NCBI GenBank assembly: GCA_963751455.1
Contig: CAVVUN010000015.1
Location: 32,001 to 96,000 of the forward strand
DNA: 64,000 nt
Reading direction: 5' to 3'
DNA from: Nitrospirota bacterium
GTDB lineage: Bacteria > Nitrospirota > UBA9217
The notes beneath the pieces were generated by a model. That model was not told where the DNA came from and made no database searches. It was given only the letters and a program-made list of their open reading frames with translations. The position numbers and the translations under genes were made by a program. Each line of letters begins with the position of its first letter. Within the stretch, counting starts at the first letter, position 1. This document shows positions 21,030 to 31,056 of this stretch, piece by piece.

Positions 21030-22808
21030 GTGTTCTCCGAAGATGTCATAAACCGGGTCAGGGATAGCGTGGATATCGTGGATCTCGTCTCCGGTTATGT
21101 GTCGCTGAAGAAGACCGGCAAGAACCATACCGGGCTTTGCCCTTTTCACGCCGAGAAAACACCCTCGTTCTCCGTGAACCCGGACAAACAGATTTTTCAC
21201 TGCTTCGGCTGCGGCGCGGGCGGCGATGCATTTAAATTTCTCGAGCTTCAGGAAGGATTGAACTTCCCGGAGGCCGTTCGAAACCTTGCAGGACGCGCCG
21301 GCATTCAGCTGCCGGCGCAGGGAAAATCAGAGGGCCAGAATAAAAGGGCCGAAGATGAGCGGAAAACCCTTCTCAGCATTGTTGCAGACGCTGCAGAGTA
21401 CTACGGGAAAGAGTTGCAAAGCGCGGCGGGAAGCGCGGCGCGGGCGTACCTCGTAAAACGGGGTGTCAGCGAACAGATCGTAAAAGAACTCTGCCTTGGT
21501 TACTCACGGCCGGAGTGGGACTGCCTGCTCGGGTATTTGAAGCAAAAAGGATACGGCCCCGGAGCGATTGAGCGGGCCGGCCTTATTGTGAAGCGCGCGG
21601 AAAGCGAGGGTCATTACGACCGCTTCCGGGGCAGACTGATGTTTCCGATCCGCGACATTGCAGGAAACACGATCGCTTTCGGCGGCAGGGTCATGGATGA
21701 TTCTCTGCCCAAGTATCTGAATTCTTCGGAAACACCCCTTTACAGCAAGAGCAACACGCTTTATTGTCTGGACATTGCAAAAGAGCACGGCCGCAAACAG
21801 GGATACTTTATCATCGTGGAAGGGTATCTCGACGCGATAGCGTGCCATCAGTACGGAGTACGGAATGCGGTCGCAACGCTCGGCACCGCGCTTACGGAAG
21901 GCCATTTGAGGCTGCTGCGGCGCTTCGCGGACAAGCTTGTGCTGATCTTTGACCCAGACCCGGCTGGTGTAAGGGCTTCCCTGAGGGGATTTGATCTTTT
22001 TATCTCGGGCGGCATGAAAGTGAACGTGGTTTCGCTGCCCGACGGACACGATCCTGACACGTTTTTACAGAAGAGCGGCCGGGAGGCATTTACGGCGCAA
22101 TTGCGCCAGTCCGTAAAATTTATGGATTTCGTCCTTGCGCAGGTAATTCAAGGCGGACGGGATTCTTCGATCGATGAAAAAGTCGAGAAGGCCCGCGAGA
22201 TGCTCGCCTTCATAACAAAACTGCCCAGCGGCATAGAGCGTGATCATTATTTGAAGAAAACAGCAGAGGCCCTCGACCTCGACGAGACTGTGCTGAGGCA
22301 GGAAATGCCGCGGACCACAAAAGGGCGCACCGAAGTGCCGGATCGAAACGGGTACCGGTTATCGACCCGGGAGCACGCTCCTAAGGCGGAGGAAATTCTG
22401 GTCCATCTTATGTTGAAGGACGAGGGAATTGCGCGCAGCCTGGAAGGGCAGATCGAGCCGCAGGACTTTACGGATCCGCTGTTCCGGCGCGCGGTGCAGC
22501 ATGTCTTCGCTGTTCTGGCAAAAACAGGCAGGCTCGACTCGGCAACCCTGCTTACCGCCGGAGACGAGGAGCTCAATAACCTGATCTCGCATTACTCGGT
22601 GCTGGACAGGGATTACGAGGATCCCCAAAAAAACTGTCGTGATTGCGTTGAGCTGATCAAGCAAGCGGACCCCGAGAAAAAAATGAAGCAAATCGTGAAA
22701 GCGCTTAAAGAAGCGGACAGCATGGGAAACACCGAGGAGTACAGACGCCTCCTCGAGATGCAGCAGCAGTTGTCAAGAAGACCGGGCCGCCGAATTCCAG
22801 GTCTCTAG
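21030..22808 (+). CDS. dnaG: DNA primase
   Basis: CPFH...CFGC zinc finger, KYLNS, EGYLD TOPRIM; GTG start inferred. Confidence 0.96.
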   Translation: MFSEDVINRVRDSVDIVDLVSGYVSLKKTGKNHTGLCPFHAEKTPSFSVNPDKQIFHCFGCGAGGDAFKFLELQEGLNFPEAVRNLAGRAGIQLPAQGKSEGQNKRAEDERKTLLSIVADAAEYYGKELQSAAGSAARAYLVKRGVSEQIVKELCLGYSRPEWDCLLGYLKQKGYGPGAIERAGLIVKRAESEGHYDRFRGRLMFPIRDIAGNTIAFGGRVMDDSLPKYLNSSETPLYSKSNTLYCLDIAKEHGRKQGYFIIVEGYLDAIACHQYGVRNAVATLGTALTEGHLRLLRRFADKLVLIFDPDPAGVRASLRGFDLFISGGMKVNVVSLPDGHDPDTFLQKSGREAFTAQLRQSVKFMDFVLAQVIQGGRDSSIDEKVEKAREMLAFITKLPSGIERDHYLKKTAEALDLDETVLRQEMPRTTKGRTEVPDRNGYRLSTREHAPKAEEILVHLMLKDEGIARSLEGQIEPQDFTDPLFRRAVQHVFAVLAKTGRLDSATLLTAGDEELNNLISHYSVLDRDYEDPQKNCRDCVELIKQADPEKKMKQIVKALKEADSMGNTEEYRRLLEMQQQLSRRPGRRIPGL

Positions 22809-22847
22809 AATACAAACAGAACAATCTGGGCCATTTGCGCCAGTGAG

Positions 22848-24683
22848 ATGCCAAGTATTATAAAGGAGCACCAGAGTATGTCAAAGCGGGGCAAAGCAGG
22901 AGATCAGAAAAAACCGGCACCATCATCTAAAGAGCGGAACTTCGTTCCCTACGAGGAGACCCAGGAACCGATTCCGCACGACGACGTTTCCACAGAACAG
23001 CTCGACAGCATAATATCCCTGTTCGGTGACGGCGAAATGGACATCGATATCGCCGATTCCCGGCACGACGGCAAGACTCGCCAGCCGGCCGAGGATGAAC
23101 TGGAAGAAGGCGCCGAGACGGATGAGGCGTCGCTGGAGGAAGCCGCCGAGGAGGAAGCGTCCGAGGAGGAAGAGGTCGAGGTCGGCGTGGGAAAGACAGA
23201 TGATCCCGTACGTCTCTATCTCAAGGAGATGGGAACCGTGCCTCTTCTTTCAAAGGAAGGGGAGGTTGCAATCGCGAAAAGAATCGAAGAAGGCAAGCGC
23301 GATGCAGCCCAGATTCTCTACAATCTGCCGTTTTCACTGCAGGATGTTCGCGAACTGGGGGAGAAGCTCAGAAAGGGCAAGATCAGCATCAACGAGATCG
23401 TCCATGCAGGCGACGATGAATTCGATGATCTGCAGAGCCAGAACGAAGAGGAACTTCATGCAGAGGTGATCAAGCTTATCAATGAGATTGACCGACACAG
23501 CAGGGATCTCAACACTCTGATCAAACATGTAATGAGCAACCGGTGCAGTGAAGCGCGTAAGAAAAGCCTCCGCGACAAAATCCAGACCACGCGGCATGCC
23601 CTGTTTGACAAGCTTGAGAAGCTCAATATACACTGCCGGCAGATGGACCGGCTGGTCATGAAGATGCGGGAAATGGTCAGCGAACTGCTGCTGTCGGATC
23701 GTGAAATCCATGCCTTGGAGCGGAAATCGGGTCTTACCATTGCCGAGCTAAAAGATGTATTCAAGAAAATGAGGCAGGGCGACCGCGAACTTAAAAACGC
23801 GGCCCGCAGACTGGAGATGAAACAGGATGCCCTGATCGGTCTTGAAAAAACATACCGGAACGCAATCAAGCGTATTAAAAACGTTGAATCCACCTGCGGT
23901 GTTCACGCAGATGACCTCAAAAAGGCCCTCCGGGCCTATGAGCGCGCGGAGGAGCGGGCGAAGTACGCGAAGAGTGAGCTCGTTGAGGCAAACCTCCGCC
24001 TCGTCGTCTCCATCGCAAAGAAGTACACAAACCGCGGTTTGCAATTTCTCGATCTTATTCAGGAGGGAAACATCGGCCTCATGAAGGCCGTAGACAAATT
24101 TGAGTGGCAGCGGGGGTATAAGTTCAGCACCTACGCCACATGGTGGATCCGGCAGGCGATTACGCGCGCAATCGCAGACCAGGCGCGGACGATTCGCATT
24201 CCTGTGCATATGATAGAGACGATGAATAAGTTGATCCGGACTTCTCGCGGGCTTGTGCAGGACCTCGGCAGAGAACCGACAACCGAAGAGATTGCCACAT
24301 CCATGAAGTTGCCTGTCGAAAAAGTTCGCAAGATCATGAAAATCGCCAAAGAACCGATATCGCTTGAAACGCCGATCGGCGAGGAAGAGGATAGTCACCT
24401 TGGAGACTTTATCGAGGACAAAAAAGTGGCCTCTCCGCTTGAGTCGGCTATTCGCAAGAACCTGCATAACCAGGTGCGCAAGGTTCTGAACACGCTGACC
24501 GAACGCGAGGAAAAGGTTCTCCGTTGGAGGTTCGGTATCGGAGAACATACTGACCACACTCTCGAAGAAGTGGGTCAGGAGTTCGACGTAACCCGCGAGC
24601 GCATCCGTCAGATCGAGGCCAAGGCGCTCCGGAAGCTGCGGCACCCGAGCCGCAGTAAACAGCTCAAGAGCTTCATGGAATAG
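22848..24683 (+). CDS. rpoD: RNA polymerase primary sigma factor
   Basis: [37 protein letters not shown]. Confidence 0.97.
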   Translation: MPSIIKEHQSMSKRGKAGDQKKPAPSSKERNFVPYEETQEPIPHDDVSTEQLDSIISLFGDGEMDIDIADSRHDGKTRQPAEDELEEGAETDEASLEEAAEEEASEEEEVEVGVGKTDDPVRLYLKEMGTVPLLSKEGEVAIAKRIEEGKRDAAQILYNLPFSLQDVRELGEKLRKGKISINEIVHAGDDEFDDLQSQNEEELHAEVIKLINEIDRHSRDLNTLIKHVMSNRCSEARKKSLRDKIQTTRHALFDKLEKLNIHCRQMDRLVMKMREMVSELLLSDREIHALERKSGLTIAELKDVFKKMRQGDRELKNAARRLEMKQDALIGLEKTYRNAIKRIKNVESTCGVHADDLKKALRAYERAEERAKYAKSELVEANLRLVVSIAKKYTNRGLQFLDLIQEGNIGLMKAVDKFEWQRGYKFSTYATWWIRQAITRAIADQARTIRIPVHMIETMNKLIRTSRGLVQDLGREPTTEEIATSMKLPVEKVRKIMKIAKEPISLETPIGEEEDSHLGDFIEDKKVASPLESAIRKNLHNQVRKVLNTLTEREEKVLRWRFGIGEHTDHTLEEVGQEFDVTRERIRQIEAKALRKLRHPSRSKQLKSFME

Positions 24684-24845
24684 CGCGTGGCCGCGTCGCG
24701 CTTCTTGACATTTGTGTAGTTATGTGCCAATATAGTAATTCGAGTTTGGTGCTTACTTCCCAATGAAAGCTCCAGGTTAAAAAGTATCATATTGATGTTG
24801 CGGCATGAGAACCGCGGATTTGCCGAAATTGTTTGCACGGTAAGG

Positions 24846-24921
24846 GGGCCCATAGCTCAGTTGGTAGAGCTACCGGCTCATAACCGGTTGGTCCCAGGTT
24901 CGAGTCCTGGTGGGCCCACCA
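24846..24921 (+). tRNA. tRNA with CAT anticodon, most likely tRNA-Ile2 (lysidine)
   Basis: GGGCCCA/TGGGCCC acceptor stem, CTCATAA loop, GTTCGA T-loop, CCA end; sits after rpoD as ileX-type genes often do. Confidence 0.9.
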
Positions 24922-25065
24922 ACCATTGATGCTGTAAGCTGATTGGAAAGAAGGAAGATTGCAGATGACAGGACTATTCAGGCAAGAAAGCATCAACAAG
25001 GACTGCAGAAAAAGAACAGAGTACATAAAACGCGCCGCGAGGCGCATTTTTTATTTGGAGGCTGA

Positions 25066-25791
25066 ATGGAACAACAGCTTGTTATGCTGGTTGAGCTTCA
25101 AGAAATAGACCGGACAATCAGAGTCCTTACCGAGAGGAAAAACGCCTTTCCCGGGACTTTAGCGTCCCTCGACCGACGCCGCACGGAGAATAAAGAAGGA
25201 CTGAACAAAAGTAAAGAAGCACTCCAGGCGGCGCAGAAGAATAAGCGGGACCGGGACAAAGACCTGGAGATCGGAGTCCAGAAGGTTGAAAAGCTCAAGG
25301 CGCGTACGCCCGATATCAAGACGAACAAAGAGTACCAGGCCCTTCTCAAGGAGATAGAAACTGTTGAGCAGGAAAACAAGGCCATCGAGGACGATATCCT
25401 CGGGTTGATGGAAAAGATCGATGCTGCCGTTGCGTCGATTACTGCGGCCGAGAGCACTGTCCAGGAAGAAGATGCCGCAATAACTGCGGAACAGAAAGGA
25501 CAGGAAGCCGTTATGGCCCAGATTGAGGAGGAATTGAAAGTTGCCGAGCAGCATCGCCGGGCCGCCGCCGCCCGCTGCGATCCCTCTATCCTCTCTCAGT
25601 ATCAGAAACTTATTGCGACAAAAGCGGGCATGGCCTTGGCGGAGGCCCGCGGGGAGTCATGTTCCGGATGCTACATGAGCATCCCTCCGCAGGTATTCGT
25701 CAATGTCAAGAAGAACGAGAGCATTATTAACTGCCCGCACTGCGGCCGTATTCTCTATTATAAAGAAACGATCGTTCAAAAAGATAGGTAA
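25066..25791 (+). CDS. Coiled-coil protein with C-terminal C4 zinc ribbon (DUF164-type)
   Basis: Long coiled coil, CSGC...CPHCGRIL. Confidence 0.88.
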   Translation: MEQQLVMLVELQEIDRTIRVLTERKNAFPGTLASLDRRRTENKEGLNKSKEALQAAQKNKRDRDKDLEIGVQKVEKLKARTPDIKTNKEYQALLKEIETVEQENKAIEDDILGLMEKIDAAVASITAAESTVQEEDAAITAEQKGQEAVMAQIEEELKVAEQHRRAAAARCDPSILSQYQKLIATKAGMALAEARGESCSGCYMSIPPQVFVNVKKNESIINCPHCGRILYYKETIVQKDR

Positions 25792-25861
25792 TGGACAACC
25801 AAAGGAAAGTGATTTGTGACGGACTCCATTAACAGCTGGGGCTTTTTTTTTGGGGATTAGC

Positions 25862-26260
25862 ATGGAACTTACCATCTACAGCGACGGCGCCTCAAGAAAC
25901 AACCCCGGCGAGGCCGGCGCAGGCATAGTTATCATGCGTGACGGCAAACCCGCCGAAAAAATCGGGCGATATCTGGGCGTAACCACGAACAATATTGCCG
26001 AGTATTCAGCGGCAATAATCGGACTGGAACAGGCCGTCAGACTCGGAGCTTCCAGGGTAAGTCTGCGTGCGGATTCCGAACTGCTGGTGAAACAGGTGAA
26101 CGGCGAATACAAGGTAAAGAATGAGGGCCTTAAGCCTCTTCACGCTAAGGTAAGGGAACTGATTGCAAAAATAGGCAACGTTGATGTACAATACATTCCG
26201 AGGGAAATGAACAAGGAAGCAGATGCGCTGGCAAACAAGGCAATAGATGAGAAGCTTTAG
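25862..26260 (+). CDS. rnhA: Ribonuclease HI family protein
   Basis: DGASRNNPG, TNNIAEY, DSELLVKQ, NKEADALAN. Confidence 0.88.
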   Translation: MELTIYSDGASRNNPGEAGAGIVIMRDGKPAEKIGRYLGVTTNNIAEYSAAIIGLEQAVRLGASRVSLRADSELLVKQVNGEYKVKNEGLKPLHAKVRELIAKIGNVDVQYIPREMNKEADALANKAIDEKL

Positions 26261-26398
26261 TGCAAATATCAAATTGCAAATTGTAAAGTGCAAAAATGGA
26301 ATTGAAAACAATACTTAATTTCAATTTTGAAATTTACACCCTGCACTCGCGCTTACGCACTCGTAATCGCTGGGAGCAAGTCAATTTGCATTTTGCAA
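26261..26398. repeat. Palindromic mini-element with AAATTGC-type heptamer arms carrying a nested 41-bp insert
   Basis: Left arm aaattgcaaattgtaaagtgcaaa; right arm ...tcaatttgcattttgcaat interrupted at 26340-26380. Confidence 0.65.
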
Positions 26399-26411
26399 TA
26401 GTTTTTAGATA

Positions 26412-26782
26412 TCAGAGCGGGTGAGGTGATCGCTCCCCGGAAACGGGGAGAGGAAAGTCCGAGCTCCGCAGGGCAAGGCGGTTCCGAAACGGAACAGGGG
26501 GCGACCCCATGGATAGTGCCACAGAAAAGAAGACCGCCCCGAAAGGGGCAAGGGTGAAACGGTGGGGTAAGAGCCCACCAGGCTCCCGGGCGACCGGGAG
26601 TGCTTGGAAAACCCCGCCTGGAGCAAGACCACATAGGGAAGCGTCCCCCGAAAGGGGGTAAGGACGGCCCGTCCGAGACTTCCGGGTAGGTCGCTCGTGC
26701 TCTCGAGCAATCGGGGGCCCAGATAAATGATCATCACTCCGGGAGACCGGAGGACAGAACTCGGCTTACGACCCGCTCTGAC
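26412..26782 (+). ncRNA. rnpB: RNase P RNA (bacterial type A)
   Basis: GAGGAAAGTCC, AGTGCCACAGAAA, GGGTGAAACGG, ACAGAACTCGGCTTAC; P1 CAGAGCGGGT/ACCCGCTCTG. Confidence 0.97.
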
Positions 26783-26958
26783 TTTTTCTATTCGTTCCGG
26801 TCGTGCAGATTTCGCCCAAGGATTTGTTTCGTTATAAGATCCTTTCTGTATTAACTCTCCCAGCGCTGTTTAATCTCTCCTGTTATTAACGAGAACTATT
26901 TGGTATAATATTTTTGCATCATGATGGCACCGTCGAAGATCGCTTTCGGAGATATGCC

Positions 26959-27603
26959 ATGAGCACCAAAAAGGAATTCAGCAGCCGACCGTTTGAGAAG
27001 CTGCGGAAATCGATCGAGAACCGCATTGCAGACCCCGCTCCTCCGCTCCCAAAGAAAAAAGAGAGAATCAGCGACGAAGAATTATTCAACAGAGAGATGG
27101 ACGATGTCCAGGTGATCGAGGCGTTCCGCACCCTTACCGTCGAACGCAGTAGGACCAGGGCTGCGGCCCATCTTCCTGTCAGGCTGGACCCCGACCGGGA
27201 GACCTTGCTTGTTCTGGACCAAATAACATCAGGCGAGCTGCCGATGTACCTGCCGGATACTCAGGAATACGTGGAATGGACCAATCCATCTTATTATGAC
27301 GCGATAATCCCTAAACTTCATGAAGGACAATTCTCGATTCAGGCGTCACTCGATCTTCATGGCTGCACTGTTCCTGGAGCCGAAGCGGAACTCGACGATT
27401 TTCTCGAAGTTGCATTCAAAAGGGGGTTCGGCTGCGTCAAAATCATTCATGGCCGCGGCCTTCGCTCGCTAAGGGGTCCGCGTATCAAGGCTGCAGTAGC
27501 AAGGCGGCTTTCGGGCCGCTATCGCAAGGACATCATTGCCTACGTAACAGCCAGGCAGTGCGACGGCGGCCTCGGCGCCCTTTATGTCCTGCTCAAAAAA
27601 TAA
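26959..27603 (+). CDS. Smr/MutS2 C-terminal domain protein
   Basis: LDLHG, IIHGRG, DGGLGALYV motifs. Confidence 0.88.
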   Translation: MSTKKEFSSRPFEKLRKSIENRIADPAPPLPKKKERISDEELFNREMDDVQVIEAFRTLTVERSRTRAAAHLPVRLDPDRETLLVLDQITSGELPMYLPDTQEYVEWTNPSYYDAIIPKLHEGQFSIQASLDLHGCTVPGAEAELDDFLEVAFKRGFGCVKIIHGRGLRSLRGPRIKAAVARRLSGRYRKDIIAYVTARQCDGGLGALYVLLKK

Positions 27604-27643
27604 TCCGCACTCCCAGTCTTAAAAAAACCCAACGATTAAGAAG

Positions 27644-28480
27644 ATGAAGACCGAAATTCTGCTTACACCTGTCCGTGTCCGCGCATTCCGAAAAAAAATT
27701 TATCTTCATTACCGCTCAAGGGGCAGGGACCTTCCCTGGAGAAACACAAACAATCCATACCATATTCTCATTTCCGAGATCATGCTGCAGCAGACGCAGG
27801 TCGAGCGAGTTCTCGCGAAGTATCACGAGTTTCTCCACGCCTTTCCGGATTTTGCTTCTCTGGCCCGTGCCCGGCTGCCTAAATTGCTAAAGCTCTGGTC
27901 CGGTATGGGTTACAACCGGCGGGCGATGGCCCTCCGATCGCTGGCTCGCACTGTTGTCAACGAACACTTTGGTGTGCTGCCTTCCGAACGCGAGAAGTTG
28001 ATAGCCTTGCCGGGGGTAGGAAACTACACCGCTTCCGCAGTCTTATCGTTTGCTTTCAATAAGCCTGCTGTTTTTATGGACACGAATATAAGGCGTGTTT
28101 ATATCCATGAATTTTTTCGTGGTCGAAAAAATGTACATGATGACGAAATCAGACCGCTGATAGAACGGACGATGAATGCACGGAACCCCGGGAAATGGTA
28201 TAACGCTTTGATGGATTACGGTTCAATGATTAGCCGGGACTATTGCAATCCAAACCGCAGAAGCGCCCATTACAGCCGTCAAACTCCTTTTGTGAATTCC
28301 GATCGGCAGGTGCGTGGAACCATCTTAAAGGTTCTGCTGAAGAAATTACGTCTGAGCCAGGCTGGAATCGCAAGGGAAACGGGCATGGATCCCGAGCGTA
28401 TAAAGAAGAATCTTGTACAGCTCGAGAAGGAAGGATTTATAAAGAAGGAGGGACGAAATTTTCGAATATCATCGTCGTAG
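27644..28480 (+). CDS. A/G-specific adenine glycosylase-like HhH-GPD protein (MutY-like)
   Basis: LPWR, SEIMLQQTQV, GMGYNRRA, LPGVGNYTA, DTNIRR. Confidence 0.85.
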   Translation: MKTEILLTPVRVRAFRKKIYLHYRSRGRDLPWRNTNNPYHILISEIMLQQTQVERVLAKYHEFLHAFPDFASLARARLPKLLKLWSGMGYNRRAMALRSLARTVVNEHFGVLPSEREKLIALPGVGNYTASAVLSFAFNKPAVFMDTNIRRVYIHEFFRGRKNVHDDEIRPLIERTMNARNPGKWYNALMDYGSMISRDYCNPNRRSAHYSRQTPFVNSDRQVRGTILKVLLKKLRLSQAGIARETGMDPERIKKNLVQLEKEGFIKKEGRNFRISSS

Positions 28481-28557
28481 ACTTGACCGCAGGGAAGAAC
28501 TCAAATCTGATATAATGGAAATATCGGCCTGACAAAGACTTGAGCAAGGAGGAGGCA

Positions 28558-28833
28558 ATGGTTACCGCGCTTGTTCTGCTGACAGTTTCAAGGGATAAAG
28601 TTAATGCCATTGCCGAGGCCCTTGCCGAGATGGAAGGAATCACAGAGGTCTATTCCGTGGCCGGGAGATACGATCTGGTCGTGGTTATTCGTGCCACGGA
28701 CAACGAACAGCTTGCAAAACTGGTTACAGGCCATATGCTCAAGGTCGAGGGGATAATCACGTCAGAAACACTTGTGGCATTCCGTGTACATTCCCGGCAT
28801 GATCTCGAGACCCTGTTCTCTATCGGCATGTAA
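28558..28833 (+). CDS. Lrp/AsnC ligand-binding-domain protein
   Basis: EVYSVAGRYDL motif; GGAGG before ATG 28558. Confidence 0.85.
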   Translation: MVTALVLLTVSRDKVNAIAEALAEMEGITEVYSVAGRYDLVVVIRATDNEQLAKLVTGHMLKVEGIITSETLVAFRVHSRHDLETLFSIGM

Positions 28834-28983
28834 AGGCGCCTCATTTTCTCTTTTCCTGCTTGACAACCGCTGCTTCATTCTCCGAATTGTAAGAAATTAT
28901 CCTGTTGTGAATCCATCAAAAATAGTATACAATCTCCGCACTTTGTTGCAAAGCACTGCGACCTTACTTTTCAGGAGGAAGTA

Positions 28984-30342
28984 ATGAGACAGACAAAGAT
29001 AATTCTCTCTGACAAGGAAATCCCTACGAAGTGGTACAATATTATGGCAGACATGCCGAATCCGCCCAAGCCGCCGCTTCACCCGGCGACCAGGCAGCCT
29101 GTTGGGCCCGATGATCTCAAACCGATTTTTCCCATGGACCTTATCCTGCAGGAAGTGAGCCAGGAGCGCTGGATCGACATTCCGGAAGAGGTACTTGAAC
29201 TATATACCCTCTGGCGGCCGTCGCCTCTGTTCAGGGCGCATCGGCTCGAAAAAGCGCTTGGAACGCCGGCGAAGATCTATTACAAATACGAGGGCGTGAG
29301 TCCGGCAGGGAGCCACAAACCGAACACATCCATTCCCCAGGCATTCTATAACAAGAAAGCCGGCATTAAACGCATTGCGACCGAGACTGGCGCCGGCCAG
29401 TGGGGTTCATCCATGGCGCTTGCCTGTAAGCTCTTCGGCCTCGACGTGACGGTATACATGGTGAAAGTAAGCTTTGGCCAGAAGCCGTACCGCAGGATCA
29501 TGATGGAGACCTGGGGCGCTACGGTACATGCCAGTCCTTCCACGGTTACGAACGCGGGGAGGAAGATCCTTGAGGCAGATCCAAACAACACGGGCAGTCT
29601 CGGCATAGCGATCTCCGAGGCTGTTGAAGATGCTGCAAGTCATAACGATACAAATTATGCGCTGGGCTCGGTATTGAACCATGTATGTCTTCATCAGACC
29701 GTGATCGGTCAGGAAGCCAAAAAACAGATGGAGCTCGCGGGCGATTACCCGGATGTGGTAATCGGCTGCTGCGGCGGTGGAAGCAACTTCGCGGGAATTT
29801 CTTTCCCCTTCCTGCACGACAAGTTGTCCGGAAAGAAAAAAGATCTGCGGGCCATTGCGGTGGAGCCCACGTCCTGCCCCACGCTCACCAAAGGGGAGTT
29901 CCGATACGACTTCGGAGATGTTGCCGGGTTTACACCGCTCCTCGCGATGTATACTCTCGGCCACGAATTCATGCCGTCCGGCATCCATGCCGGAGGTCTT
30001 CGCTACCATGGCGACTCTCCGCTGGTTTCACAGCTCTACCACGATAAAATCATAGAAGCCAGGGCGTATCCACAAACCAAAGTATTTGAGGCTGCAGCCC
30101 TTTTTTCAAGTACAGAAGCAATTATTCCCGCGCCGGAAAGCAGTCATGCCGTGCGGGCAGCGATAGACGAGGCGGTTCGCGCGAAGGAGGAAGGCAAGCA
30201 AAAGACGATCCTCTTCAACCTGAGCGGCCACGGCTATCTCGACCTTCAGGCATACGCCGATTACAAAGAAGGCAAGCTGTTCGACCACGAGCACCCGGAA
30301 GAGGACATTAAAAAAGCGCTCGCCAAACTGCCGAACATATAA
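28984..30342 (+). CDS. trpB2: TrpB-like PLP enzyme (tryptophan synthase beta type 2)
   Basis: [26 protein letters not shown]. Confidence 0.92.
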   Translation: MRQTKIILSDKEIPTKWYNIMADMPNPPKPPLHPATRQPVGPDDLKPIFPMDLILQEVSQERWIDIPEEVLELYTLWRPSPLFRAHRLEKALGTPAKIYYKYEGVSPAGSHKPNTSIPQAFYNKKAGIKRIATETGAGQWGSSMALACKLFGLDVTVYMVKVSFGQKPYRRIMMETWGATVHASPSTVTNAGRKILEADPNNTGSLGIAISEAVEDAASHNDTNYALGSVLNHVCLHQTVIGQEAKKQMELAGDYPDVVIGCCGGGSNFAGISFPFLHDKLSGKKKDLRAIAVEPTSCPTLTKGEFRYDFGDVAGFTPLLAMYTLGHEFMPSGIHAGGLRYHGDSPLVSQLYHDKIIEARAYPQTKVFEAAALFSSTEAIIPAPESSHAVRAAIDEAVRAKEEGKQKTILFNLSGHGYLDLQAYADYKEGKLFDHEHPEEDIKKALAKLPNI

Positions 30343-30529
30343 CAAACTCCTCAGGAGCGTGCTCCCTGTTGTGACGGGGAGCACGCCATTGTACACCTCG
30401 TACTGCTGCCGCATGGGTTATCTCGCCTTTGCTTTTCTTGCTCTTCCCCGGGAGCCTATTCAACCGTGTTAACCCATCTTCCGCAGTTGCAAAACTAAAA
30501 TTTTGATAATTCAATAAGATAGGTCTCTT

Positions 30530-30712
30530 AAACCTAAAAAAAGCATTTGGGACGCAGAAAAATCGGATAAACGCAGATAAGGTCGGATAAAAAAACGTTC
30601 TTGTATCGTAAAAGCAGTCACCTCCTGCGGGTGAATTTTTTTCTCTAAAAATTCTTTTGTTTGATCTGCGGTTATCTGCGTTCATCTGCGTCCAACTGCC
30701 GTTTTCAGGTTA
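30530..30712. repeat. Palindromic MITE-like element with ~10-nt periodic arms
   Basis: AACCTAAAAA...TTTTCAGGTT ends; GGACGCAGA..ACGCAGATAA mirrored by ATCTGCG x3..TCTGCGTCC. Confidence 0.65.
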
Positions 30713-31056
30713 AACGGTTAAATTCTGCACTATCAAGGAGTTACGGCAATTGCCATGACTCCTTTTTGATTGGGCTTCTTATTCGTTCTGGCGCCTCCTT
30801 CTCTTCTCTTTAAAACGCCCGATAATTCTCTCTAAAATCGTCCTGATTCTCGCTCTTTTTTGCAAAAAAAGTAAAACTTTAGGTAGAATAGATGTAGGTC
30901 GATCCGGAACAGGCCGTTTTTCCGGACAGTGGTTGGCAATTGAAGGGCCAAGCACCGGATTTTGTAAAGATAAGCGAGTACTTCTGCGTCGCTAGGCCTT
31001 AAATTACGGACAACCGGTAAGCATTCAAACTCCGCATTTATCAACGGAGGCATACA

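Noticed and set aside
24846-24921. Calling the CAT tRNA an initiator tRNA-fMet or an island integration site
   Set aside because: It has a paired G1-C72 and lacks the three consecutive G-C anticodon-stem pairs of initiators; no duplicated 3' end was seen downstream.
30900-31056. Riboswitch upstream of the FadN-like gene
   Set aside because: Some pairing potential, but no conserved aptamer motif I can recognise; an Rfam scan would be needed.
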